The translations under genes and the position numbers were made by a program. A model generated the notes under the pieces. The model did no database searches. It was not told the DNA's origin and worked only from the letters and a program-made list of their open reading frames with translations. A DNA stretch of 64,000 nucleotides from an uncultured Candidatus Saccharibacteria bacterium (GTDB lineage: Bacteria > Patescibacteriota > Saccharimonadia > Saccharimonadales > UBA10212). This document shows positions 1 through 9,407 of this stretch, piece by piece; position 1 is the stretch's first letter; each line of letters opens with the position of its first letter. The stretch covers positions 5,795 to 69,794 of the forward strand of contig CAYWQH010000008.1 in the NCBI GenBank assembly GCA_964460855.1. The letters run 5' to 3'.

Positions 1-1478
1 AAGACAACCACGAGCGCCTGAAAGTCGGCGAGTTCTTTATTGAACTAATCCGCGTAACGCACTCGATCCCCGGTAGCACCATGGTTGTCGTTGATACCCC
101 GGTTGGCCGGTTGATTAACACCGGAGATTTTCGCCTCGACCCTAACCCCTTGGACCACGAACGGACCGACGCCGAGCGGCTCAATGAGCTAAGTAAAGAA
201 GGCGTGCTGCTACTTATGAGCGAAAGTACTACTACCGAGCGCCCTGGCCGCACGCCCAGCGAAAGTACCATCGAACAGAGCTTTAAAGATATTATGGACC
301 GCGCCCCGGGCCGGATTTTTATCGGCCTGTTCAGCACCAATATGAACCGCGTACAGATGATCATCAATGCCGCTGTCCACCACGGAAAGAACGTGACCAT
401 GGATGGCCGGAGCATGATCAGCACCTTAGAAATGGCCGTGCGCAACGGCTTCGTTAAGATTCCTAAGGGCACTTTCGTACCGATTGCCAACGTAGCAAAT
501 ATGAAAGACAACGACGTGGTAGTCGTTTGTACCGGCAGCCAGGGCGAGCCCAACTCCGCCTTGGTGCGGATGAGCGCCGGCGACCATAAGCACGTCAAAC
601 TTAAAGAGCAAGATACCGTAATTCTATCCAGCACGCCTATTCCGGAGTCGGGCAACGACTCGCTAATTGGCGCCATGGTCGACGACCTGATGCGCAAAGG
701 CGTGCACGTATTCCGCCACGAAACTTACGTAATTGACGGTTGCGGCCCGCTGCACGTCAGCGGCCATGCCAGCATGGACGAGTACGCCGAGATGATCGAA
801 ATGGTCAAACCCAAATTCTTTATGCCCATTTACGGCCCTTACCGCAGCAAAAAACGGCATATCGATATCGCTATTGAACACGGCGTACCGCGCAAAGATA
901 CGATCAACGCTGAAAATGGCGATATAGTTGCTTTAACTAAAGACAAGATGGAAATCGTCGGCAATGTGCCGCACGGTACGGTATTAGTCGACCAGACCGG
1001 CGCCATTGTAAGCAGCGTTGTCGTTAAAGACCGCGTGCTATTGGCCGAAGAAGGCCTGGTGGCAGTTGTGCTAACCGTCGATAAACGCACCGGCATGCTA
1101 TTGACCAGCCCGGATATTATCAGCCGCGGCTTCATTTACATGAAAGATTCCGAAGAGCTGATGAACTTATTCCGAGCCGAATTGCGCCGGGCAGTGCAGC
1201 AGCGCTTCAAGCGCGTCGAGCTGGACCGCTTTAAAGCCGAACTCAAAGATTACATTACCCACTTCTTGTACGAACAGACCCAGCGCAGCCCGATTGTCAT
1301 ACCGGTAGTTAATGTAATAGGTGGCCGGCCGGAGAAGATGAACGGCACTAACGGCAACCAGCAAAACGGCAAGGCAGCCGGCCCTCCAAAGAGCCCCGAA
1401 GACGTCGCGCTGGAGCAGCAAAAACGCTTCGCCCAGCTGCGCCAGCAACTCCTCAACCAAGACGCGCGCGTTGACTAA
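1..1478 (+). CDS. rnj: Ribonuclease J (beta-CASP metallo-beta-lactamase RNase), 5' end cut by window edge
   Basis: The frame is open from nt 3 (..ELIRVTHSIPGSTMVVVDTP..), upstream of the ATG at 81. Motifs THSIPGS, TGDFRLD, VSGHAS and a C-terminal RNase J domain are typical of the RNase J family. The track ORF is 81..1478. Confidence 0.85.
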   Translation, partial: DNHERLKVGEFFIELIRVTHSIPGSTMVVVDTPVGRLINTGDFRLDPNPLDHERTDAERLNELSKEGVLLLMSESTTTERPGRTPSESTIEQSFKDIMDRAPGRIFIGLFSTNMNRVQMIINAAVHHGKNVTMDGRSMISTLEMAVRNGFVKIPKGTFVPIANVANMKDNDVVVVCTGSQGEPNSALVRMSAGDHKHVKLKEQDTVILSSTPIPESGNDSLIGAMVDDLMRKGVHVFRHETYVIDGCGPLHVSGHASMDEYAEMIEMVKPKFFMPIYGPYRSKKRHIDIAIEHGVPRKDTINAENGDIVALTKDKMEIVGNVPHGTVLVDQTGAIVSSVVVKDRVLLAEEGLVAVVLTVDKRTGMLLTSPDIISRGFIYMKDSEELMNLFRAELRRAVQQRFKRVELDRFKAELKDYITHFLYEQTQRSPIVIPVVNVIGGRPEKMNGTNGNQQNGKAAGPPKSPEDVALEQQKRFAQLRQQLLNQDARVD

Positions 1479-1484
1479 GCTCAA

Positions 1485-1680
1485 CGCAATTCATCGCAGC
1501 CAGCTCCGCTCACTAGATATTGCTGCAGTAAAACCAGTCTTTACCTTCGGAACTCCTCGACTCCGGTAAACCAAAAAACCGGAGTCTCGTCAGACAACCG
1601 AAGGGATCCGACTTCGTCGGACCAGACTGTTTTACTACATCAATTCAGGTTCGCTGCGCAGTGGCTTCGAGCGAATTGCG
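1485..1680. repeat. ~195-bp long imperfect palindrome (structured intergenic element) downstream of rnj
   Basis: The left arm cgcaattcatcgcagcc...gcagtaaaaccagtct...gactccgg pairs with the right arm ccggagtc...agactgttttactac...ggcttcgagcgaattgcg. The centre is ccggtaaaccaaaaaaccgg at ~1575. Confidence 0.6.
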
Positions 1681-1776
1681 CTTCGCTTTTCTATCCGGCA
1701 TTTGTCATCACACTCTATGTTTAAATAAATTTGCTGGGCAGCGGGCTTCAAAAAAATGAAAATAGTATTAAACTAG

Positions 1777-2514
1777 TTGATTATGGCAGGGGAAGCCCAA
1801 TTTGGCCGCGGCGAACGCGGCAGTTCGCGGCGCAGTTTAGACATTAAAGACCATTTGCGCGCCGAACCTTACAACCAAGTCCAAATCCAAGCAGAAATGC
1901 TGGAATTTTTTACTGATGCCGAAGATGAGCAAAAAAATCCTATATACCAGGGATTTTCTGAATGCGCCCATTACTTAATTGAGCAGCTGCAGATTCCTCT
2001 CAATGATGACAAAGATAAATTTGACTCGGTAAAACTTATGCTAACCCCGAACCGCTACCCGTTCGCAAAGGGTAAAAATGCCGGCGTGGTAGTCGACCAT
2101 ATGACTAAACCCAGTAGCGAACTGCTTGAATATGCCTATGATCTGGTCGGCTCGCCAGCATATGTAAGGAATGACAGCCGGGACGGAGAGTTATCCGGTT
2201 GCCGCTTGAGCGTCGGAAGTTACCAAGGGCGCGCCGTGTATCTTGTTGAAAACTTCAAAGACAAGGACGGAACGGTGCAGCTGGAATGGGTTTTGGTTAA
2301 CAGGGCTCTCGCCCAACATTTCTTTACTGTCTTAGGCACCAATGAAAGGGCGCAGCTGGCCAGGCAATTATATGAACAATCGATTATTGAAATACCCGAG
2401 GTACCGCCAGAAGTTAACCGTGCGAATAAAGTATTCTATATCGCCGGCTGCATTGGGCTTAAAGATATACCGGTAAAAGAGATGCCGTTACTGCCGCCAG
2501 GCGGGGAATCTTAA
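1777..2514 (+). CDS. Hypothetical protein (no recognisable family)
   Basis: 245-aa ORF in the track. The TTG at 1777 is followed by an ATG at 1783, which is the more likely start. Amino-acid composition is ordinary and there is no overlapping better ORF. Confidence 0.55.
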   Translation: MIMAGEAQFGRGERGSSRRSLDIKDHLRAEPYNQVQIQAEMLEFFTDAEDEQKNPIYQGFSECAHYLIEQLQIPLNDDKDKFDSVKLMLTPNRYPFAKGKNAGVVVDHMTKPSSELLEYAYDLVGSPAYVRNDSRDGELSGCRLSVGSYQGRAVYLVENFKDKDGTVQLEWVLVNRALAQHFFTVLGTNERAQLARQLYEQSIIEIPEVPPEVNRANKVFYIAGCIGLKDIPVKEMPLLPPGGES

Positions 2515-2613
2515 ACATTAGCTTGATAACTAAGCACTATTGTGTTATAATTACAACGTTGTATCAAACAAGCTACCAAATATCAAAATAAGCGTATAAA
2601 GTATACTAACCTT

Positions 2614-4836
2614 ATGGCTAAGAAGAAAACAAAGAAGGGCCGCAAGCCCGCCCCCGAACCAAAAGAGCCGTCGATGTTCTGGCGCGGCGCGCTGGCCGTA
2701 ACCCTTATAGTTGTGGCCATAGTTTTAATATTTGGCGCTTTTACTTCCGCGCCATTACCAAAAAGTATCTGGAACGGCGACTGGAGCGCGTTGGGCGCGG
2801 CTGCCGTTTTAACTCCGATAATTTTAATGTATTTTGGCGTGCTTAAATTCGGCAACGAAGACCACAAAGTACCGCGCGGCAAATTCTTTGGCGCTATCGG
2901 CTCAGTTATACTGGCAGCCGCATTATTCGACGCCTTATTTATGACAACCGATCCCAGCACTGGCGCAACCAGCGGCGGCCACGGCGGGGCGCTGGGCAGC
3001 GGCCTGGGTAATTTTTTAGTTAGCCTAATGGGCAAACCGCTGGCTGTAATTATTTTATTGCTGCTGCTGGCCGCCTTGACCATGCTGACCCTTGGCATTG
3101 CGCCTAACGACCTGTTAGATAAGCTAAAGAGGCAAAAGCCGGAAGGCGAAGAAGACCTGGGGGCGTTAAAGTCGCGGATGCCCGGCTTTAAGCTTAACGA
3201 AGGCGTGCCGGTAGAACACCACGACGAAAGCCCCGAGCCGCAACCGGTGCCGCGCCTGGCCAGCTTGCGCAATACCGCCCAAAAAATGACTACGCAAGAA
3301 GACCACGCCGCCCTAACCACTACTAGCGACGCCGACTGGCAATTTCCTCCATTGGACTTATTGAGCCAAAAACAGGAAAAAGCCGATGCCGGCAACGTCC
3401 AAGCCAATGCCGAAACCATTAAAGAAACTTTCAATAATTTCAATATCGAAGTTGACGTCGATGGCGCCAACGTAGGCCCGCGGGTAACGCAATTTACCCT
3501 TAAGCCGCCGACCGGGGTAAAGCTGACTAAACTTACTGCCCTAGAAAATAACCTGGCCCTCGACCTGGCCGCCCATAGTATCCGCATGGAAGCGCCGATT
3601 CCCGGCAAACGGCAGGTGGGTATTGAAGTGCCTAATGTAAAGCCGGCCAATGTAACAGTCCATAGCTTATTAACCAGCCGCGAGTGGCGCGATATTAAGA
3701 GCCCGCTGGGCTTTGCCATCGGCAAAGATATATCCGGCGTTCCGGTTGCCGGCAACCTCGAAACCATGCCGCATTTGCTGATTGCCGGCCAGACCGGTTC
3801 GGGTAAATCGGTAATGATCAATACTTTGCTGACAAGCTTGTTGTACCGCAATTCGCCGTCGGATATGAAACTTATATTGGTCGACCCCAAGCAAGTAGAA
3901 ATGGCCCTTTATAGCGATATCCCGCACTTGCTGGCACCGGTAATTAACGAACCCGAAAAATGTATTAGCGCCCTGAAGTGGGCGGTAGCAGAAATGGAAC
4001 GCCGGCTTAAAGCTTTCGCCGAAGTTAAAAAGCGTAACATTGCCGAATATAACACCCTCAAAAAAGACGAGGGCATGCCTTATATCGTTATTGTTATTGA
4101 TGAGTTGGCCGACCTGATGATGATGGCCGCCCGCGACGTAGAAGCTTTAGTTGTGCGCCTGGCCCAAAAAGCCCGGGCTGCCGGCATCCACTTAGTACTG
4201 GCCACCCAGCGCCCGAGTGTTGACGTCATTACCGGCTTAATTAAAGCCAACGTGCCGGCCCGCATCGCCTTTACCGTGGTTAGCCAGGTAGACAGCCGCA
4301 CTATTATCGACCAAATTGGAGCCGAAAAACTGCTGGGCCGCGGCGATGCGCTTTATAACATTCCGGAGTTCATCAAGCCCAAGCGCGTCCAGGGCGCATT
4401 CATATCTGACGGCGAAACTACTAAAGTTTGCGACTTCTTGCGGATGCAGCGCCCGCCGCAGTATGACGACGAAGTTATCAGCCAGCCGGTACAGCTTAAC
4501 GGCCGCGGCGGCGTGGTTGCGCCGACCGACGGCGGCGACGAGCCGATGGACGACATGTGGCGCGAGGCCGTTGCCGTAGTTATCCAAAACCGCAAAGCCA
4601 GCACTAGTTTACTGCAGCGCAAGTTGCGCCTCGGTTATGGCCGGGCCAGCCGCATAATCGACCTCATGGAAGAGCAGGGCATAATTAGCCACGCCGACGG
4701 CAGCAAGCCGCGCGAAGTATTGGTGCGCAGCATCGACGACGTATTCGCCGCCGAACCGGCCGAAGTTGCCGTCGCCAGCCAAGGTGACGTTTACGACGAC
4801 ATGCCCGACGAGCCCGAAGACACCGTTAATATATAA
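2614..4836 (+). CDS. ftsK: DNA translocase FtsK/SpoIIIE
   Basis: N-terminal TM segments, Walker A GQTGSGKSVMINTLL, Walker B VIVIDELADLMM, ATQRPSVDVITG, and a C-terminal gamma wHTH ASTSLLQRKLRLGYGRASRIIDLMEEQGII. Confidence 0.92.
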   Translation: MAKKKTKKGRKPAPEPKEPSMFWRGALAVTLIVVAIVLIFGAFTSAPLPKSIWNGDWSALGAAAVLTPIILMYFGVLKFGNEDHKVPRGKFFGAIGSVILAAALFDALFMTTDPSTGATSGGHGGALGSGLGNFLVSLMGKPLAVIILLLLLAALTMLTLGIAPNDLLDKLKRQKPEGEEDLGALKSRMPGFKLNEGVPVEHHDESPEPQPVPRLASLRNTAQKMTTQEDHAALTTTSDADWQFPPLDLLSQKQEKADAGNVQANAETIKETFNNFNIEVDVDGANVGPRVTQFTLKPPTGVKLTKLTALENNLALDLAAHSIRMEAPIPGKRQVGIEVPNVKPANVTVHSLLTSREWRDIKSPLGFAIGKDISGVPVAGNLETMPHLLIAGQTGSGKSVMINTLLTSLLYRNSPSDMKLILVDPKQVEMALYSDIPHLLAPVINEPEKCISALKWAVAEMERRLKAFAEVKKRNIAEYNTLKKDEGMPYIVIVIDELADLMMMAARDVEALVVRLAQKARAAGIHLVLATQRPSVDVITGLIKANVPARIAFTVVSQVDSRTIIDQIGAEKLLGRGDALYNIPEFIKPKRVQGAFISDGETTKVCDFLRMQRPPQYDDEVISQPVQLNGRGGVVAPTDGGDEPMDDMWREAVAVVIQNRKASTSLLQRKLRLGYGRASRIIDLMEEQGIISHADGSKPREVLVRSIDDVFAAEPAEVAVASQGDVYDDMPDEPEDTVNI

Positions 4837-4913
4837 GACATAACTAAATTGACTTTTTAGCATAAGCATGCTACAATACTTGTATTGTCAATTTAAAATA
4901 AAAAAAGCAAAAT

Positions 4914-5528
4914 ATGAGTGAAGTTACTCCAACACCAGAAAAACGCATTAAAACCGATAAGCAAATAGCCAAGCAAATTGCCCGGATTTCCAAGAAACTT
5001 GGCGACCGCGCAATGATTGCTGGAGCAGTCCCATACAATAATCGTAGTAATTCCAATACTGAGCCTACGGTAAAGGTTAGTTATGACGCCGGTTATCACG
5101 AAGATTCGGGTTGGTTTAAGCATGTCGAAGTAGGACACGAGACTGAAACTAGGCAAGGTCCTTCAGGAGTACACTTTCAACATCGAGAAAATCAGGATCC
5201 CATTAAGGATCATGGCAGCGAAGAAGTAAGTGTAAGCACTTATGATTACAAAAAACATAAGTATCCTGCAGGTGCAGGTAGAAATACCGTTATTGGCGCT
5301 ATGATTGATGGGCCGAATATACCAAAAGGAACACGAGTTGGTGGCCGGGAATACAAAGCTGCCGGTTATGAAGATGAACACGGCAGTGATGTTCGGTTAA
5401 CGAACGATCAACTTGTATCCCAGGCTGCTGGTGCCTTAAATGATATACGCGGTAAGATTAATGAAGGTAATGTGGTAAGGGAACACGTTAGAATTAACCC
5501 TAACCACCCGGATTTTAAGCGAAAATAA
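4914..5528 (+). CDS. Hypothetical hydrophilic protein
   Basis: 204-aa ORF with no TM segment and no motif I recognise. It is the first of three consecutive orphan ORFs between ftsK and rpsF. Confidence 0.5.
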   Translation: MSEVTPTPEKRIKTDKQIAKQIARISKKLGDRAMIAGAVPYNNRSNSNTEPTVKVSYDAGYHEDSGWFKHVEVGHETETRQGPSGVHFQHRENQDPIKDHGSEEVSVSTYDYKKHKYPAGAGRNTVIGAMIDGPNIPKGTRVGGREYKAAGYEDEHGSDVRLTNDQLVSQAAGALNDIRGKINEGNVVREHVRINPNHPDFKRK

Positions 5529-5616
5529 TTAGCCGCTTCGCTTGTTGTTAATTAAACGCTTGTATAAAACGCCCAAGCTTTTATATTGAAGACAGAACAC
5601 AAAAAAGGAGGGTAAG

Positions 5617-6480
5617 TTGGCGGAAAAACTATTCTCACCCGGAAGCTGGATGGAAGTGCCAGCTGCCTTTGCCTCTCAACTAGAGTCTCCAACGGAGACT
5701 CTTTTTTTAAACCCTGATACAGAAAATGATTACGCGCCTGTAGATGAATTAACCGGTTTGCCGCTACCCATAGCCCCTATTCGGAACTTACCTGAAAACA
5801 CAAGGCACCACGCGTTTTGGCTGCCTCCGCTGGAAAATAGTTATTTCACTGCTACGCTGGGCGGCAGGGCTATCAAACATTGCCGAATTCAAATGGTAAA
5901 CGCCAAGCTACATAACGACCGTGATTTTGGAGTGCATGCCAACTACATCGGGACACCAGTACCCGAAACCGAACCTATGCAGTTCAAAACAGGACTGTTT
6001 GGACGCGCCGTGTATATTCCAGAAGTAGGACTGCACTTTACAGAAGATGGATACGTAGAAGCTCCATTAGAAGCTTGGCAGTTAAACAGGTTAAGAAGAC
6101 CGCGGGGGACGGGTGCATACCGGGATATAAGGTTTGGCTCGCAGGATGTACAGGCCTTTTTTGCCGAATATGTCACAAGTTTCAACTTTGCACATCTAAA
6201 TAGGAAGTTGTTGAGCGACATGCTAAGCAAGAACGATGCGCAATCGGTCAATAAAATTACCCAAGAAGGAATTGATATGGCTACACAAGAAATTAACCCC
6301 ACTTACGCTGAATTGTACGCTGCCGGCCTATTGCATCCCGAGGCGCCGGCTAGCGCCAGCCAATTTGTAGATATTGTGCTAGGCTCGCCAGACAAATCAG
6401 ATAACAGATACACCCGATTAGCGCCATTAATAAGACAGAGTGTAATGAAGACTTTACAAATAATACCGGTCGCCAGTTGA
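5617..6480 (+). CDS. Hypothetical protein
   Basis: 287-aa ORF with a TTG start preceded by a strong RBS, aaggaggg (5605-5612). No family recognised. Confidence 0.6.
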   Translation: MAEKLFSPGSWMEVPAAFASQLESPTETLFLNPDTENDYAPVDELTGLPLPIAPIRNLPENTRHHAFWLPPLENSYFTATLGGRAIKHCRIQMVNAKLHNDRDFGVHANYIGTPVPETEPMQFKTGLFGRAVYIPEVGLHFTEDGYVEAPLEAWQLNRLRRPRGTGAYRDIRFGSQDVQAFFAEYVTSFNFAHLNRKLLSDMLSKNDAQSVNKITQEGIDMATQEINPTYAELYAAGLLHPEAPASASQFVDIVLGSPDKSDNRYTRLAPLIRQSVMKTLQIIPVAS

Positions 6481-6535
6481 GTTAAAAATGAATTGCTATA
6501 TTGCTTAATATGAAAGAAGTTATATAGTTTGGTGT

Positions 6536-7003
6536 ATGGATAGGCCTAAGCTATTTGACGGAAGCGAACATCCGGATTGGGAACCATCCGCAGAAATCAA
6601 GCCGGACGTGCCAATAGACGAGCAGCGCCATATCCTAACTTTTTTACAAGACGAATTAGTTGCGAAGTTAGCCGAAACCGGCGCGGTGGAAAAAATTTAT
6701 AGCAAGTCAAAAATTGAGAGAAGCAAGAACACCCGCATTTTTCCACGGTTTGTAAGGCTTAGGGGCCCTACCGAGAAGGACGGCATTATCCAAATGATAA
6801 TAGACGTAAGCGCAGATGGTTTGAGTCCTGAACGTGATTACATCGATATCGCCAAGGTACAAGAAAATGGCGGCGCGCTTGCCGAGGGAATAACCGAGCA
6901 TGAAGCCATAACCATCTGGAAACTAATAAGCGAATTAGATGAACTCAAAGCTGAATTTATTCTTTCACATTTAGATGACGATCTAGGTGAAATTATTGAC
7001 TAA
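6536..7003 (+). CDS. Hypothetical acidic protein
   Basis: 155-aa ORF with an acidic C-terminus (LDDDLGEIID). No family recognised. Confidence 0.5.
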   Translation: MDRPKLFDGSEHPDWEPSAEIKPDVPIDEQRHILTFLQDELVAKLAETGAVEKIYSKSKIERSKNTRIFPRFVRLRGPTEKDGIIQMIIDVSADGLSPERDYIDIAKVQENGGALAEGITEHEAITIWKLISELDELKAEFILSHLDDDLGEIID

Positions 7004-7101
7004 CAGGGGTCAATAGTATACAGTAGCTTAGTTACAAACTAACTTCAGCCCCGGACAAACTCAACAGGTGCCGCGGCCGATACCAAAGGAAGGAAGTCAT
7101 T

Positions 7102-7506
7102 TTGGCTAATCAGTATGAGATTGCCGTGCTTTACCATCCCGATTTAGAAATCGACCTGGAAAAAGCCACTAAAAAAGTCGAAAAGATTATTGCCGACAAC
7201 AAAGGCAAAATCACCAACTCCGATAATTGGGGCAAGCGCAAGCTGGCCTATAAAATCAATGCTAGTGACTACGCGATTTACGTTTTTTATACGGTAGAAT
7301 TGCCGCCCGAAAACGTCCGCAAAGTTGAGCAAACGATGAACATTACCGACGAAGTGGTCCGCTTTTTGATCACCCGTCCGGACCTCAAAGCCATCGCCAA
7401 AGCCGAAGCCCTGAAGGCCGAAAAAGCCAAGCGGGCAGCCGAGCGCGGCGACGACGAAAAGTCCGACTCCGATGCCGAAGACGAAGACAGCGGCAGCGAG
7501 GAATAG
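7102..7506 (+). CDS. rpsF: 30S ribosomal protein bS6
   Basis: YEIAVLYHPDLE...WGKRKLAYKINASDYAIYVFY with an acidic C-terminal tail. TTG start with RBS aaggaaggaag. Located in an rpsF-ssb-rpsR arrangement. Confidence 0.9.
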   Translation: MANQYEIAVLYHPDLEIDLEKATKKVEKIIADNKGKITNSDNWGKRKLAYKINASDYAIYVFYTVELPPENVRKVEQTMNITDEVVRFLITRPDLKAIAKAEALKAEKAKRAAERGDDEKSDSDAEDEDSGSEE

Positions 7507-7554
7507 TATACTTAGAACATACTAATAGACATATGTCTTATAAGGAGAAATGAC

Positions 7555-8025
7555 ATGGCAAGAAGCTTTAACCAAGTAACTTTAATGGGCAACTTAACCC
7601 GCGACCCGGAACTGCGCACAACGCCCAGCGGCCAAAGCGTTTGCAGCTTTAGCCTGGCACTTAACCGCAGCTACAAGGGCAGCGACGGCAACTGGCAGGA
7701 AGCCACCGACTTTATAGATATAGTCGCGTGGGGCCCGCTAGGCGAAAGGGTAGCCCAATATTTGAGCAAAGGCCGCCCGGCCTTAGTCAGCGGCCGGCTG
7801 CAAAGCCGCAGCTGGGAACAAGACGGCCAAAAACGCAGCAAAGTAGAAGTGGTCGCCCAGGACGTAACGTTCTTAGGCAGCCCCGGCGGCCAAAGTGGCA
7901 GCACCGGCCAGGCGCCAGTGAGCGAACCGGCTCCGGTAGCGGCCAGCAAGAGTAAAAAAGAAGACGACGTCGTAATTGAAGACATCGGCGACGAACCTAT
8001 AAACCTAGACGACATCCCATTCTAG
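7555..8025 (+). CDS. ssb: Single-stranded DNA-binding protein
   Basis: OB-fold N-terminus MARSFNQVTLMGNLTRDPELRTTPSG, a Gly/Pro-rich linker and the canonical acidic tip DDIPF. Confidence 0.92.
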   Translation: MARSFNQVTLMGNLTRDPELRTTPSGQSVCSFSLALNRSYKGSDGNWQEATDFIDIVAWGPLGERVAQYLSKGRPALVSGRLQSRSWEQDGQKRSKVEVVAQDVTFLGSPGGQSGSTGQAPVSEPAPVAASKSKKEDDVVIEDIGDEPINLDDIPF

Positions 8026-8189
8026 AACCTTCACAACGCGAACTACTTATCCGGCAAAGCCGTATATGTAGCTCGCTCTTGGCGCATCGCGGTGTTAGCT
8101 TCGTGCGCGGCTCGCTCTCCGTACATTAAAGTACGGTTCGCTCGCTGCTCCTCGCTGCCTAGCGCTGCATCCAAGTGTGAAGGTCTAGA
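8020..8189. repeat. ~170-bp element bounded by 14-bp terminal inverted repeats between ssb and rpsR
   Basis: tctagaaccttcaca (8020-) pairs with tgtgaaggtctaga (-8189). Inside are an internal hairpin ccgtacattaaagtacgg and repeated GCTCGCTC-type motifs. The left end overlaps the ssb stop codon. Confidence 0.6.
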
Positions 8190-8214
8190 CAAAGAAATTT
8201 AAGGAGACATAACA

Positions 8215-8418
8215 ATGGCTAAGATTTTTAAACATAAGACTGACGTAGCATATTTTGACTACAAGGACTTTAAGACCTTGCAGCGCTACATTAACCAGTT
8301 CGGCCAAATCGAACAGCGCAAAAAAACCGGTTTAACCGAAAGCAAGCAGCGCCAGCTGGCCCGCGCCATCAAGCGCGCCCGCCACATCGGCTTGCTGCCT
8401 TTTGTCGCCAGCAATTAA
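8215..8418 (+). CDS. rpsR: 30S ribosomal protein bS18
   Basis: YFDYKDFKTLQRYINQFGQIEQRKKTGLTESKQRQLARAIKRARHIGLLPF. Confidence 0.92.
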   Translation: MAKIFKHKTDVAYFDYKDFKTLQRYINQFGQIEQRKKTGLTESKQRQLARAIKRARHIGLLPFVASN

Positions 8419-8419
8419 G

Positions 8420-8836
8420 ATGATCGAAACCGCCGGCGCCTTGTTTAAGTTGCCCGACAGCCGTTTGGTGCTGCAGCGCCGCGACGGCCACGGCAAAAGC
8501 CCGCACAAACTAGGTGTTTTCGGCGGCCGGTTAGAAGGGGGCGAGGGGCCGCTTAACGGCGTAATGCGCGAAATCAGCGAAGAAACTAACCTGGATGTTA
8601 GCCGGCTGCATTTCAAGCCTTTGACAATAATCGAGACTTCCAACCAAGGGTTGAGCGATGAAGAAGTCCGGGTGCATATTTACGAAGTTGACCTGACGGA
8701 CGCCGATTTTGAAGTTTACGAAGGCGTAGGTTCCGAAATCCACCAGTTGGCGGATTTAATGAACCGCGACGACCTGGATTATTACTTTCAAATTTTAGTA
8801 ACGCAGCTAGTTGAAGCGCAAAAGGTAAAAGTTTAA
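8420..8836 (+). CDS. NUDIX hydrolase
   Basis: Nudix box GGRLEGGEGPLNGVMREISEETNL (GX5EX7REUXEEXGU). An ATG at 8420, just after the rpsR stop, is preferred over the track TTG at 8402. Confidence 0.8.
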   Translation: MIETAGALFKLPDSRLVLQRRDGHGKSPHKLGVFGGRLEGGEGPLNGVMREISEETNLDVSRLHFKPLTIIETSNQGLSDEEVRVHIYEVDLTDADFEVYEGVGSEIHQLADLMNRDDLDYYFQILVTQLVEAQKVKV

Positions 8837-9400
8837 ATGGCTTTCGGAATTACAGACCTTAAAAAAGGCGTAGTCTTTCAGATGGACGGCGAGCCGTTCC
8901 GGGTAGTTGAATACCGCCAAAAAGTCATGGGCCGCGGCGGTTCAATCGTTTCGGTGCGCATCAAAAGCTTAACCGACGGCCGGGTATACGAGCGGACATT
9001 TAAAGGCAACGAGGCTATCGAACCAGCTGATGTCACTTTAAAAACCGTCCAATTTTTATACGCCGACGGCAATAATTTCTATTTTATGGATAACGCCAAT
9101 TACGAACAGTTCCAGGTTGCGGCGGCCGACATGGAGGATAAAAAAGGCTTTATGAAGGAAGGCGACGACGTCAGCGCCCAGCTATTCGACGGCCGGGTGA
9201 TAAATATCGAATTACCCAAAAATGTTTGGCTCAAAGTGGAGCACACCGAAAATGTGGTGCGCGGTGACACCGCCAACGCTTTTAACAAAGATGCCACGCT
9301 CGAAACCGGCATCAGCATCAAGGTGCCGGCTTTTATTAAAACCGGCGACGTAATTAGCGTCGACACGTCCACCGGCGCCTACCGCGAACGCCAAAAGTAA
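8837..9400 (+). CDS. efp: Elongation factor P
   Basis: 187 aa. MAFGITDLKKGVVFQMDGEPFRVVEYRQKVMGRGGSIVSVRIKSL matches the EF-P KOW/OB architecture. Confidence 0.92.
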   Translation: MAFGITDLKKGVVFQMDGEPFRVVEYRQKVMGRGGSIVSVRIKSLTDGRVYERTFKGNEAIEPADVTLKTVQFLYADGNNFYFMDNANYEQFQVAAADMEDKKGFMKEGDDVSAQLFDGRVINIELPKNVWLKVEHTENVVRGDTANAFNKDATLETGISIKVPAFIKTGDVISVDTSTGAYRERQK

Positions 9401-9407
9401 AACTATT

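Noticed and set aside
2583-3890. 435-aa minus-strand ORF antisense to ftsK, plus many similar long antisense ORFs (e.g. 9560..10090, 24330..24815, 25794..26255, 55053..55652, 55665..56156).
   Set aside because: They lie entirely inside well-supported genes on the other strand. Their translations are low-complexity (Ser/Ala/Leu/Arg/Pro-rich) without motifs. These are typical shadow frames of moderately GC-rich coding DNA.
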